Part shown: positions 9,469 through 19,672 of the stretch, piece by piece
Numbering within the stretch: the first letter of the stretch is position 1
Layout of the letters: each line of letters opens with the position of its first letter
Assembly: GCA_963771465.1 (NCBI GenBank)
Contig: CAVYTU010000015.1
Coordinates: forward strand, 576,001 to 640,000
DNA: 64,000 nt
DNA from: an uncultured delta proteobacterium
GTDB taxonomy: Bacteria > Desulfobacterota > Binatia > UBA9968
Direction: 5' to 3'
Notes under the pieces: model-generated
Seen by the model: the letters and a program-made list of their open reading frames with translations, nothing else
Databases searched by the model: none
Told to the model about the DNA's origin: nothing
Translations under genes and position numbers: made by a program

Positions 9469-10542
9469 ATGGCAGTATTCGTTGGACGCTGGAGCGTCGG
9501 CTTGATCTCATCAATTTTCACGGCCGGGTTATTCATCATGTTTTCTTCGGCGCTCAATGCCGCTGAAAAATCCATCGCCGATCGCAATTTCACCGATGTT
9601 ATCGAAGGCGCCAAAAAAGAGGGTAAATTGGTTGTCTGGGACACGACGAGAGGCAAAGGCAAAGAGCACTTCCGCGCCTTTGAAAGAAAATATCCCTTCA
9701 TCAAAGTCGAGCAGGCATTGGTCCACAGCGACGAAGTTGTGCAGAAAGTCACTATGGAACAACGCGCCGGCCGGGCGCCGACCGCCGATGTGATCGCTTG
9801 CAACAGCGTGTCCTATGAACAAGGCAAGCTCGACGGGGTTTTTACCAGTTTTCCATGGCGCAAAGTATTTAAAGACATTCCCGCCCAAGCGGTCGACAAA
9901 GACAACTTCGGCGTCGGGGCCTATGGGAACATATGGACGATGGCGTACAACACCAAATTGGTCCCCAAAGAGAAGCTACCTAAGAGTTACGACGATCTGT
10001 TGAGCCCAGAATGGCGCGGTAAATTGGCCGTCGATATTCGAGTCAATCCCTGGGCGTATATCGCTTCCTCAGGGGTTTGGACGGTCGAAAGAACCGAAGC
10101 CTATGTAAAAAAAATCAAAGACAACCAACCGAAGTTTGGCCGGGGCGGCACAGCCATCGCGCAGCTCTTGACCGCCGGCGATTTTCACATCGCGCCGGTT
10201 TACGTGTTTAACATTATCGAAGCGCGCAAATCCGGCGCGCCGATCGATTGGATTCCCATGGAACCGATTGGCGGCAACATCGCTGGTCGCGCAATTCCAA
10301 AAGGCGCGCCGCGCATCAATGCCGCGGCGTTGTACATCGGCTGGCTGGTATCCCCCGAAGGACAAAAAGTTTACGAGGACACCGAAGGCCGCGCGTTGCC
10401 GTATGAAGGGTTAGGCACCGAAATGTCGAAGATGCTTTCTGGCAAAAAGCTTGCCGTACTCGGTTGGGGCGATACTGAGAAAGCGCTCAAGCATGATGCC
10501 ATCGAAGACAAACTCATGACGCTGATTGGCTCCAAGAAATGA
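9469..10542 (+). CDS. ABC substrate-binding protein (AfuA/FbpA-like)
   Basis: AGGAGG RBS before MAVFV, signal peptide, AKKEGKLVVW, AYNTKLV..PKSYDDLLSPEWRGK, WLVSPEGQ. Confidence 0.88.
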   Translation: MAVFVGRWSVGLISSIFTAGLFIMFSSALNAAEKSIADRNFTDVIEGAKKEGKLVVWDTTRGKGKEHFRAFERKYPFIKVEQALVHSDEVVQKVTMEQRAGRAPTADVIACNSVSYEQGKLDGVFTSFPWRKVFKDIPAQAVDKDNFGVGAYGNIWTMAYNTKLVPKEKLPKSYDDLLSPEWRGKLAVDIRVNPWAYIASSGVWTVERTEAYVKKIKDNQPKFGRGGTAIAQLLTAGDFHIAPVYVFNIIEARKSGAPIDWIPMEPIGGNIAGRAIPKGAPRINAAALYIGWLVSPEGQKVYEDTEGRALPYEGLGTEMSKMLSGKKLAVLGWGDTEKALKHDAIEDKLMTLIGSKK

Positions 10543-12313
10543 GCTGATTTCGACGGGCATTTTCTTGCAAGATTATCCATCGTCTCTCCTCTTATCGCGG
10601 CGCGCACGCGGTTTTGCGTGGCCTCGATGGTCCAACCTATTGATCCCCGGCTTGGTGGGGTTGGTCGCCTACCTTGTCGTTGTGCCTCTGGCGTTGTTGA
10701 TTGTCGGCGGCTTTATCCGCGGCTCTCCCGGCACTTTCAGCCAGCTGACCTTTGCCAACTATGTGCGCGCCTACGGCGGTCCGGCGCTCTTGGAGCTGTT
10801 TTACAATTCATTCGTCTTTGCCGCCGGATCCGTGTTGCTCGCTTTGCCTGTGGCGATTCTGTTCGCTTGGCTGATCGAACGCACCAACACGCCGCTGCGC
10901 ACCGTAGCCTATGCGCTCGTCATCGCGCCGGTGGCGATGCCGGGCATGTTGCTGTCAATGTCTTGGGTGCTGCTCTTGAGTCCCAATGTCGGCATCATCA
11001 ACAAGGCGACGATGTTTGTCTTGGGCCTTGAGAACGCTCCATTCAACATCTATTCGCTGGGCGGCATGATTTTCACCGAAGGGTTGCGCTTGGTGCCGAC
11101 CACCTTTCTTCTGCTGGTCGGCGCTTTTCGCGCCATGGATCCCTCGCTCGAGGAAGCCGCTTTGGTATCGGGCGCGACAAAATGGATCACCACCACCCGG
11201 GTCACGCTGCGCATCATGCTGCCGGCGATTCTCACCGCGAGCATTTATATATTCATGACGGCGATCGAGAGTTTCGAGATCCCCGGCGTACTCGGCTTGC
11301 GCAATGGCATTCTCGTGTTCAGTTCGAAGATCTACTATGCGACAACCTCCACGTACGGTGGCGGCGCTAACTATGGCGAAGCCAGCGCGCTCAGCTCGAC
11401 ATACCTCGTCATCAGCATTTTTCTCATCTACCTTTACCAGCGATCGACACGCCACAGCGAACGATTCGCCACCGTCACCGGCAAAGGATTTCGCCCGAGG
11501 TTGATCGATCTCGGCTTTTGGAAATACGTCGCTCTGGCTTTTTTTGTCGGCTATTTCAGCCTCGCCGTGCTGTTGCCGATTCTCATCATGTTCTGGGCAA
11601 GCTTGATCCCTTTCTATCAGGCGCCGTCCATGGAAGCCTTGTCGGTGGTATCGATGTCAGGTTACCGAGATCTTCTGGAAGATCCTGAAGTCGTCAAGGC
11701 GGTCGTCAACACTTTCTGGCTGATGGTCGGTTCTGCCACGATCACCACTCTGCTCGCCGCCGCCGCCGCTTGGGTCGTGTTGCGCTCCAAATTTCCCGGG
11801 CGGCGCGTGCTCGAGGTTTTGACGTTTCTGCCGCACGCAGTGCCGAGCGTGGTTTTGGCTTTGGCGCTGATCTACGTCTATCTTACGTTCGATTATCTGC
11901 CGATTTATGGCACATCCCTGATCATTCTCGTCGGCTTCGTGACCAGCTATCTACCTTTCAGCACTCGTACGCTGAGCGCCAGCATTATCCAGATTCACAA
12001 GGAACTTGAAGAGGCCGGGCGGGTGAGCGGCGCTACCTCCGCCACTGTGTTCGGCAGAATCGTCGTGCCCCTGCTGCTGCCGACTTTGGCGGGAGTCGCT
12101 ATTTGGGTCGCGGTTCACGCGATGCGCGAATTGTCGATGGCGCTCATGCTCAACTCGACTTCGAACAACGTCGTATCATTTCTCATCTGGTCCCATTGGG
12201 AAGCCGGCGACTTGCGCCACGCGGCAGCGTTAGGCGTCATGTTAATCTTAATCATGCTGGCGATGACTTTTGGCGGCCGCTTTCTCGCCACCAGACAAAT
12301 GAAAGTGAGATAA
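10526..12313 (+). CDS. ABC transporter permease, FbpB-type (two fused TMDs)
   Basis: About 12 TM segments and two EAA motifs (LEEAALVSGA, LEEAGRVSGA). Start uncertain. Confidence 0.9.
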   Translation: MAPRNELISTGIFLQDYPSSLLLSRRARGFAWPRWSNLLIPGLVGLVAYLVVVPLALLIVGGFIRGSPGTFSQLTFANYVRAYGGPALLELFYNSFVFAAGSVLLALPVAILFAWLIERTNTPLRTVAYALVIAPVAMPGMLLSMSWVLLLSPNVGIINKATMFVLGLENAPFNIYSLGGMIFTEGLRLVPTTFLLLVGAFRAMDPSLEEAALVSGATKWITTTRVTLRIMLPAILTASIYIFMTAIESFEIPGVLGLRNGILVFSSKIYYATTSTYGGGANYGEASALSSTYLVISIFLIYLYQRSTRHSERFATVTGKGFRPRLIDLGFWKYVALAFFVGYFSLAVLLPILIMFWASLIPFYQAPSMEALSVVSMSGYRDLLEDPEVVKAVVNTFWLMVGSATITTLLAAAAAWVVLRSKFPGRRVLEVLTFLPHAVPSVVLALALIYVYLTFDYLPIYGTSLIILVGFVTSYLPFSTRTLSASIIQIHKELEEAGRVSGATSATVFGRIVVPLLLPTLAGVAIWVAVHAMRELSMALMLNSTSNNVVSFLIWSHWEAGDLRHAAALGVMLILIMLAMTFGGRFLATRQMKVR

Positions 12314-12318
12314 TTCCC

Positions 12319-13194
12319 ATGCTCATCGCCCTTCCCTATCCAACCATGACTTTTCTGCCGCTGTTGGTCGCGGAAGAAAAAGGCTTCTTCAGTGCCGAGG
12401 GCGCGAGCGCCCATTGCGTGCAAGTGCAGAGCCACGGCGGCCAGACGCTGGCGCAATTGGTTGACAAGGGAGAGGTTGGCTTCCTCTGTTCCTTGACCAA
12501 TGCGATGGAGGCGGTGCTGGGCCACGGTCACGCGCTCAAATTTCTCTGCGCCACGACGCTGACTAAATTTCCTTGTGTGGCGCGTCCGGAGATCCAATCG
12601 ATCGCCGACCTCAAAGGTAAGAAAGTCATGTCCGGCGGCGGCCGGTCGAATACTGATTTTCGCTTTCTCTGTTCGCGTTACGGTTTGCAACCCGGCGTCG
12701 ATGTGGAAGTGGTTCAGGGCGATAGCATCGGGCGCGCTAAGGCGTTCGAGGACCCGACCATTTCTGCGGTGTTCGCGCGCAGTCAGTTTCTTTACTGGGG
12801 AACCAAGGCGGGCTTTAAGCCGCTTTACTATCCCGACCCGGGCATGGGTTGGTACGAAGGTGGATTAGCCGCGGGCGTTGCGCTGATCCAACAACAACCG
12901 GAAACGGTGCAAAAAATTGTCACCGCGGTGGTCCGCGCGACGGAATATTTGAAAACTCACGAGCAAGAAGCGGTCGAGGTGGCGCTCAAGCGGATTCCTA
13001 ATCTGAGCCGCGACGAAGCCGACGGCAACTATAAAATTCTCCGCCAAGGTTTTGTCGGCGAGCTTGAACCGTCGGTGATCGACTATATGGCGACCGTGGT
13101 CGGCACGATCAAGTCCACCGATCGGCGGGTGACTCTCGAGGAGGTTACCGATCTGTCGTTTCTGCGCGCCGCGCACCGGCAGCTCAATGCATGA
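12319..13194 (+). CDS. NMT1/TauA-fold binding protein without signal peptide
   Basis: Start MLIALPYP lies 5 nt after the permease stop. Motifs VAEEKGFF.EG, SIADLKGKKV, TDLSFL. Confidence 0.8.
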   Translation: MLIALPYPTMTFLPLLVAEEKGFFSAEGASAHCVQVQSHGGQTLAQLVDKGEVGFLCSLTNAMEAVLGHGHALKFLCATTLTKFPCVARPEIQSIADLKGKKVMSGGGRSNTDFRFLCSRYGLQPGVDVEVVQGDSIGRAKAFEDPTISAVFARSQFLYWGTKAGFKPLYYPDPGMGWYEGGLAAGVALIQQQPETVQKIVTAVVRATEYLKTHEQEAVEVALKRIPNLSRDEADGNYKILRQGFVGELEPSVIDYMATVVGTIKSTDRRVTLEEVTDLSFLRAAHRQLNA

Positions 13195-13220
13195 TCTTGT
13201 CTTGCCGACTGTTCCGATCT

Positions 13221-14300
13221 CTAGTGGGCGCCGGGCAGTTTGAGAATCTTGGCGTGCTCTTGATCGTATTTGTCTGCCGACAGACGCAAACAATCCGGTC
13301 CGCACACAGCGATATATTTTTTTTGCGCCATGGCGTATTTCCGCGATGTCGGGTCCCAGGGAAAGCCGCGATAACCGGACTTTTCCACTATCGGCTGGGC
13401 CTTGGTAGCGGCCCACAGAGCGAATAGTTGGGTGGTCGCCGGCAGCGTCCATTTGGTGACAAACATCTGCGTGCCGAGCTCCAGCGGAATCGGATCGGGG
13501 AGCACAAAGCCGAGCGGCGCGCCCTCATCGATCATCGGCATCGCGTTATGATAGTTGGCGGCGCAGTTGACCGGGAACTCTCCCGCCGCGACCTTCTGCA
13601 AGTTTTCATCCATGCCGCGGTTGAGCACCACTTTGTTTTCCATCAGCCCTCGAAGCCATTTTAGATGCGCCTCACGGGTTTTGGGATCATGCTGTAAGGA
13701 AGTGAGCTTGGGGCGCGGATCGTAAAGAACTTTACCGCGCCACATCGGGTCCAAGCAGTCTTCCCATCTTTTAGGCGCTTTGTCGGGTGGCACAAGCGTA
13801 ATGTTGTAAGCGATACCTCGCACCGCGCCGGTGGTGGCGAGAAAGTAGCCGTTCGGATCGATCACGCGGGGATCGAGCGAGGGCCAACCTTGGGGCAACA
13901 CCTTGGCCACCCTTTGATATTCGAAGGGCGGTTTTACAAACGCGCCGGCCTCTTGATAGGTAGGCCATACTTCGTCCGAAATTGTCGTCACGTCGATCTG
14001 CTGTGGCCGTCCCGCTTTGAATTCCATCAGCGCGCGCTGGGCTTCTTCGACGGTGCGGACGCGCTCGAACTTGGTCTCTTTGATGAAGGCGAAATCTTTT
14101 TTGAACTCGTCAACGATCGCCTTGCCTTGAGGATTGGTCCAGTTGAGCGCGATGGTGAGCTTGCCGCCTTTCTTGCCCACTTCGCTTTTCGACGCATCGA
14201 CCAGTTGATTGTAAAGATTACTGGATTGGGCGAAGAGCGATGCGCTGCCGGTAAAAAGTATTACAACGACGACGCTGAACATGTGCCGCCATGTTTTCAT
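13221..14300 (-). CDS. ABC substrate-binding protein (AfuA/FbpA-like)
   Basis: Signal peptide, AAGGAG RBS, clear paralog of 8148-9236. Confidence 0.87.
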   Translation of the reverse strand: MKTWRHMFSVVVVILFTGSASLFAQSSNLYNQLVDASKSEVGKKGGKLTIALNWTNPQGKAIVDEFKKDFAFIKETKFERVRTVEEAQRALMEFKAGRPQQIDVTTISDEVWPTYQEAGAFVKPPFEYQRVAKVLPQGWPSLDPRVIDPNGYFLATTGAVRGIAYNITLVPPDKAPKRWEDCLDPMWRGKVLYDPRPKLTSLQHDPKTREAHLKWLRGLMENKVVLNRGMDENLQKVAAGEFPVNCAANYHNAMPMIDEGAPLGFVLPDPIPLELGTQMFVTKWTLPATTQLFALWAATKAQPIVEKSGYRGFPWDPTSRKYAMAQKKYIAVCGPDCLRLSADKYDQEHAKILKLPGAH

Positions 14301-14456
14301 CTGAGATCTCCTTTGGGCGCGACGATGACTACGTTGAGAACTAACCCGATGTCATGGAAACTGTCAATTGTCCAGCCAATGATTTGACTCACCGCAGCAC
14401 CGGTAGTAACTATGCTAAAATATTCTGTGCGCGTACAGCAAAGGAACCTAAGCGTC

Positions 14457-15287
14457 ATGGCCAAATCAAGTTATCAGGAATACGCCTTCGAAGAATTCGT
14501 CGCTACCGAGCAGCCGTTCTATCTGCCCGTCGGCTCGGAAGTCGAAGTGTTCGAAGCGGCCTATGCAAAAAAACTTCCGGTGCTGCTCAAAGGTCCCACC
14601 GGTTGCGGCAAGACGCGCTTTGCCGAATACATGGCGCACCGGCTCGGTCCGGTGCCGCTAATCACAGTCGCCTGCCATGAAGATTTGACGGCGACCGATT
14701 TAGTCGGCCGCTACCTGCTCGAAGGACAGGAAACCCGCTGGCTCGACGGTCCGCTGACCCGCGCGGTGAAAGCGGGCGCGATCTGTTACCTCGATGAAAT
14801 CGTCGAGGCGCGCAAAGACACCACGGTATTGATTCACCCACTCACCGATCATCGGCGCATTTTGCCCCTCGAGCGGCGCGGCCAGGTGGTGCAGGCCCAT
14901 GAAAATTTTCTCCTGGTGATTTCGTATAATCCCGGCTACCAGACGGTGCTCAAAGATTTAAAGCACAGTACACGCCAGCGCTTCTTAGCCATCGAGTTCG
15001 ACTATCCGCCGGAAGAGCGCGAGCGCGAAATCATCCGCCATGAAAGCGGCCTGTCGGAAGAAGACGCCGGCCGACTGGCGTGTTTGGGCGCCAAGGTGCG
15101 TAACTTGCGCGAGCATGGGCTTCAGGAAGGCGTCAGCACGCGCTTGTTGATTTACGCCGGCACGTTGATGAGCACGGGTGTCGCGCCGCGGCTCGCCTGC
15201 CAGGTCGCCGTGGTGCAGGCGCTCACCGACGACAAGGAAGTCGCGCAAAGTTTGCAGGAAGTCGTCGACGCGATCTTTCCGGAATAG
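14457..15287 (+). CDS. cbbQ: CbbQ/NirQ/NorQ-family MoxR AAA+ ATPase
   Basis: [59 protein letters not shown]. Alternative start at 14412. Confidence 0.9.
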   Translation: MAKSSYQEYAFEEFVATEQPFYLPVGSEVEVFEAAYAKKLPVLLKGPTGCGKTRFAEYMAHRLGPVPLITVACHEDLTATDLVGRYLLEGQETRWLDGPLTRAVKAGAICYLDEIVEARKDTTVLIHPLTDHRRILPLERRGQVVQAHENFLLVISYNPGYQTVLKDLKHSTRQRFLAIEFDYPPEEREREIIRHESGLSEEDAGRLACLGAKVRNLREHGLQEGVSTRLLIYAGTLMSTGVAPRLACQVAVVQALTDDKEVAQSLQEVVDAIFPE

Positions 15288-15324
15288 GCTGAATCATTCG
15301 CGATGAAACCGCGATCGAGGCGCG

Positions 15325-15472
15325 ACCCTTCCGGAGCGAAGGCAAAGCGGCGCTGCCTTGAAACGGCTCGCGTGGCGATGTGCTGTGAGACTACCGCGAA
15401 TAGTTCAAACATCGTGCCGAGCACCGAGCATGTAGTGAAACATTTGCGCTGATGCCTTCGCTCCTTCAGGGT
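15325..15472. repeat. imperfect 20-bp inverted repeat (REP/MITE-like) between convergent genes
   Basis: ACCCTTCCGGAGCGAAGGCA (15325-15344) versus TGCCTTCGCTCCTTCAGGGT (15453-15472), 17/20 complementary. Confidence 0.5.
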
Positions 15473-15535
15473 TCCACCTCGATCGACACTCTGCCGTTAG
15501 TTTTGCTGGTTGGGCGACTATTCGGGCTAAAGCGA

Positions 15536-17569
15536 TCACGCTGTAATCTTCGGATACGCGGTGAGCAAACTGATCGGCAGCTCTTCGACGCGAGTCACGA
15601 CTTCATAGGGCAAGTCTTCGCACATGGCGCGCATGTAGTCGGCGCCTTCCTTATCGACGGTCAAGCAAAACGGGCGAATCTTGCGGCGCGCCGCCTCGCG
15701 CAACGCCTGGCGGGTGTCATTGACGGCGTAGTCCTGATCGTTGGCGTCACGGCCGTAATCGCGGTCGTAGGGCCGACCGTCGCTGACGAGAAATAATAAT
15801 CGGGTTTGCGCCTCGACACGCTCCAGCTTTCGCACCGCGTGGCGAATCGCCGCGCCCATACGCGTGGCATGGGCCGGCGCGATGCCATCGACCCGGCGCG
15901 CAATGCGCTGGCTCAACGGCTCGGCGAAGTCTTTGACAACGTGAAATTCAACGTCGCCGCGGCCGCTGCCGGAAAAGGCGTACACCGCGTAGTTGTCGCC
16001 GATGCTTTCCAGCGCTTGCAGCAAGACGATGGCGGCCTGCTTTTCGATATCGATGGTGCGTTTGCGCAGCGGTTTGCCGCGCGCGTCGACGCCGCTGGCG
16101 ATTTGGCGCAGGTATTCGCTGTAACTCTCAGCCGTCGATAAGGTCGGACGAACGGCGCGGGCGGCTTCCAGCTCGACGTATTCATTAGTCGTCGCGCTCA
16201 TGTCGAGCAACAGGGCGACGGCAACGTCGCGCTGAGTGCGTTCGCGCCGCCAATAAATTTTTTCCGACGGCGTGACGCCGGTCTTTAGATCGACCACCAG
16301 ATCGACCAGTTGATCGAGATCGATATCTTCGCCGTCGTAGCGGCGGGTTACTTTGCGGAATAGCTCGGGCAAAAAATGTTCAAACCGCGCACGCACCTGG
16401 CCGACCAGCCAGCGGTATTCATTGAGCGTCTCGGTATAAAAATCCGAAGTGCCTTCTTCCATGATACGCTCGCGTACGCGGCACCAGCGATCTTTGAACG
16501 CGCCGGCGCGAAAATCCCACTCAGGATACAAATAACAAAAAGGCTCATCGCGCTGCAGCGGACCGTCGGCTTCGCTTTCGACCATCGCGTCCGCCGGCTG
16601 ATCTTCGGCGTTGGCTTTTTGTTCTTTGCGGTCGAGCAGCGACTCATCCATCTGTAAACGAAACTCGACTTCCGGCGGCGCTTTAAAAGGAACTTCTTCC
16701 GGATCGTTGACCGACTCCTGGAGCCGGTCGGGCGTCTCATCGTCGTCTCTGTGGTGCTGATGCTCGTGATCGTGATCATGACAGCAGTCGTCGTCAGCGA
16801 CGATGTTGGGCAGCGTAGCGGCGATCTGATAGATACGCAGCGCCGCTTCCGCGGAGTCTTCCACCGTGGCGCTGGCGTCGTTGACGCGCGACAGATGTTC
16901 GAGGGCGCTCGCCAAGGCGGGTTGCAAAATCTCCGGCGCCTCGCCCAATGGAGTGCCGCCGAGACTCGACTGCAGCAAACCCTCGATCAATGCTTCGCGC
17001 AGCGGCAACGCACCGAGCCGCGGCCGTTCAGCAAGAACTCGCAGTGCGACCTGCCGGTATGCGCTCTCGATGCCAGGATAACGCTGTAAAACTTTACCAT
17101 CGACGCGGGCGTCTTCGACACAATCAAAAATCGTCATGCCCAGCACAGGGTCGGGAAAAAGTTGGCGCAACGCTTGGCGATCGTCGCCGATTTGATCGGC
17201 GGAAAGTTTTTCCGCCAGCCCCGGACGCCAATCTTGAAATAGCCGCGACGCGCGGCGCAAGGAAAATTCAAAGGTGCCGAATTCAGCGTGGCCGGCTTGG
17301 TGGGTGACGATGACTTTGTACCAAGCGAAATTCTCACGCTCGGATGGGAAGCGATCGATTTTCGCCGGTAGCATGAGCGAAATCGCCTTGCCGTCATTGC
17401 CGGGTGTGGCCCAGCCGGCGCCGCGCGCGCTTGCGCCGGCGCGCGGAATCAGGCGAATCTCGTGGCCGGTTAACGCTTTAGTATAGAGCCGCAGTACCTC
17501 GCCGACTTTTTCTAACTCGGACGGCGTCGTCAGTGGACTTTCTGTAACCGTCATACTTTGTCTTGCCAA
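15536..17569 (-). CDS. cbbO: CbbO/NorD-family VWA-domain adaptor
   Basis: YPEWDF...WCRVRE, DGEDIDLD, RDVAVALLLDMSAT (MIDAS), TRMGAAIRHA, SDGRPYD, PFCLTVD. Start may be 17554. Confidence 0.88.
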   Translation of the reverse strand: MARQSMTVTESPLTTPSELEKVGEVLRLYTKALTGHEIRLIPRAGASARGAGWATPGNDGKAISLMLPAKIDRFPSERENFAWYKVIVTHQAGHAEFGTFEFSLRRASRLFQDWRPGLAEKLSADQIGDDRQALRQLFPDPVLGMTIFDCVEDARVDGKVLQRYPGIESAYRQVALRVLAERPRLGALPLREALIEGLLQSSLGGTPLGEAPEILQPALASALEHLSRVNDASATVEDSAEAALRIYQIAATLPNIVADDDCCHDHDHEHQHHRDDDETPDRLQESVNDPEEVPFKAPPEVEFRLQMDESLLDRKEQKANAEDQPADAMVESEADGPLQRDEPFCYLYPEWDFRAGAFKDRWCRVRERIMEEGTSDFYTETLNEYRWLVGQVRARFEHFLPELFRKVTRRYDGEDIDLDQLVDLVVDLKTGVTPSEKIYWRRERTQRDVAVALLLDMSATTNEYVELEAARAVRPTLSTAESYSEYLRQIASGVDARGKPLRKRTIDIEKQAAIVLLQALESIGDNYAVYAFSGSGRGDVEFHVVKDFAEPLSQRIARRVDGIAPAHATRMGAAIRHAVRKLERVEAQTRLLFLVSDGRPYDRDYGRDANDQDYAVNDTRQALREAARRKIRPFCLTVDKEGADYMRAMCEDLPYEVVTRVEELPISLLTAYPKITA

Positions 17570-17685
17570 ATTACCTGCGGATAAATCGCCAAATCAGAGA
17601 TATTTCGATTAGCATAGGTTGTGAAACTGTATTCTCATTCCGCGCCCGGTCGCGGCAAAACCGCGCCGTTAATTCAGTCGTATCC

Positions 17686-19446
17686 TCAGTCCAGCCGATG
17701 CAGCCGGCTGACCAGCCAGCGGCCGCTAATTGTTAGTAGCGCCAATCCGACTATGAGTAAAACGCCGAGAGCCGCAGTGGGTCCGGCGCGGCCGTTGTTC
17801 CACAAATCCCACATGACCACTGACAGTACGATGCTGTTCTTGCTCGACAAGATCAGCGGCACGGAAAAGGAACGTAGTGAATGGGAAGCGATCCAGATCC
17901 AACCGCTAACGAAGGCGGGCAACAGCAGCGGCAGGATGATGCGGCGCATGATCGTCGCCCAAGAGGCGCCGGAAACTTTTCCCGCTTCCTCGAGCTCACT
18001 GTGGATTTGTGTGATCGCGCTGTTCATCGCCCGGCTGCCGAATGCGGTATAGCCAACGCATAAACCTAGCACGATGATCCAGATCGTGCCGTAGAGCGGC
18101 AGAGCATTTAGCGGCGGGTTCAAATAGAGAAAGATCAGCGCGATACCGATGGTCACTCCAGGGATCGCATGGGGCAGAAAGGTCAGGCCGTCGAGCACCG
18201 CGCGACCTTTGAGCTTACTTCTGACGATCACCCATGCGACAACGAGGCATAACAACATGGTCAAGGTTGCCGTGGTCACGCCGACGATCAGTGTGTTGAT
18301 TAGAGCCGGCACGATCTGTTCCTCGCCAAAGACCTCCCAGTAATTTTTCATCGTCACCTGCGCCAACGCCGACCATGAAGGCATGACGTAGAAGCGCACG
18401 AGCGATCGCCACAACAGGATCAGCGTCGGCAGAGCGATGGTGAGCATGAAATAGAGCACAAAGGCGCCGAACGCCGGGTAGCGCCATTTGCCCAACGAGA
18501 TCAGGCGCGGCCGATAACCCTTGCCGGTGATCGTCGCAAAGCGTCCGGCTTGGCCGGCGATGCGGCGATAGCCGTAAACCAATAAAATACTGACGAGTAG
18601 AAAACTCGCTCCGAGTGCAGCCGACAGGCCGTATTGGGGCGGCATGAAGCGCTGCGCGGAAAAGTAGATATAAGTCGGAAACACGTAAATCCCCGACGGA
18701 AATCCGATGATGATGGGAATCTCCAGCGCTTCCAGGTTGGTCATGAAACTATACATGCCGGCCGCGAGCAGCGTCGGCGTCAGCATCGGAATAAAAATGC
18801 GAAAGAAGCTGGTGCGATTCGATGCTCCGGATACTCGCGCCGCTTCTTCCAGGCTCGGGTCCATGGCGCGGAAGGCCCCGACGACGATCAGAAATGTCGT
18901 CGTCACGCCTCGGATTCCTTCCAGGAAGATCATCCCCCATAGGCTGTAAATGTTCAGCGGACCTTCGCTGACTTCGACGCCAAAGAGCGCGAACAGGGAG
19001 CGCAGCCAAATATTGATCAAACCGATTTTCGGCGAGAGCAGAAATATCCAGGAGATCGCGAAGAGGATACCGGGCACAGCCATCGGCACGAGCATCAACC
19101 CCCAGGCGAGGTTTCGAAACGGCATGTCCGTGCGCTCGGTAAGAAATGCGAAAACCACCGCGATGGTCAACGCCAGCGTCGTGCTGGCTGCGGCTAAAAC
19201 CACCGTGTTGAAAAACATTAGATAGACTTGCGGGTCGGAATAGGCGGTCACATAGTGCTGCAAGGTAAACGCGCCGGGCTGCCAAGGCGTGCCCAGTCTG
19301 AAGCTAAAGACCAGCAGCGTGATCAGCGGAACGACAATCAACCAGATGGTGATGACAACGCCAAGGAGCGGTAGCGCATGGCTGCGCAGTTGCGGCCAGC
19401 GAATGCTTGAGCGCGGCGCCGCGCGGGTTTCTATCGCGTTGTCCAT
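17686..19446 (-). CDS. ABC transporter permease, FbpB-type
   Basis: Multiple TMs, two EAA motifs, ITGKGYRP linker. Confidence 0.9.
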   Translation of the reverse strand: MDNAIETRAAPRSSIRWPQLRSHALPLLGVVITIWLIVVPLITLLVFSFRLGTPWQPGAFTLQHYVTAYSDPQVYLMFFNTVVLAAASTTLALTIAVVFAFLTERTDMPFRNLAWGLMLVPMAVPGILFAISWIFLLSPKIGLINIWLRSLFALFGVEVSEGPLNIYSLWGMIFLEGIRGVTTTFLIVVGAFRAMDPSLEEAARVSGASNRTSFFRIFIPMLTPTLLAAGMYSFMTNLEALEIPIIIGFPSGIYVFPTYIYFSAQRFMPPQYGLSAALGASFLLVSILLVYGYRRIAGQAGRFATITGKGYRPRLISLGKWRYPAFGAFVLYFMLTIALPTLILLWRSLVRFYVMPSWSALAQVTMKNYWEVFGEEQIVPALINTLIVGVTTATLTMLLCLVVAWVIVRSKLKGRAVLDGLTFLPHAIPGVTIGIALIFLYLNPPLNALPLYGTIWIIVLGLCVGYTAFGSRAMNSAITQIHSELEEAGKVSGASWATIMRRIILPLLLPAFVSGWIWIASHSLRSFSVPLILSSKNSIVLSVVMWDLWNNGRAGPTAALGVLLIVGLALLTISGRWLVSRLHRLD

Positions 19447-19672
19447 GGTGAGCGACCGCTGGTGCGGTAAGTCTTTTAGCTTCGTGTTGTCTTTTACTGC
19501 AAGCGCAGCGGATTTAGTTCCTCTTGATCGTCCCTATTCCTAACGGGGAACAACTAACAGGGAGTCATTCTCGCCCCACTGTCCAGCGAATAAATTGGGG
19601 CAGTGATTCGTTTTTCAAAAAGGAAAAACGTTGCGCTCACTGTCCTGCCATCCGATCGGTCAGAAAGTTTCT

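Noticed and set aside
14457-17569. Calvin cycle or denitrification locus
   Set aside because: No rbcL/rbcS, norB/norC or nir genes in the window.
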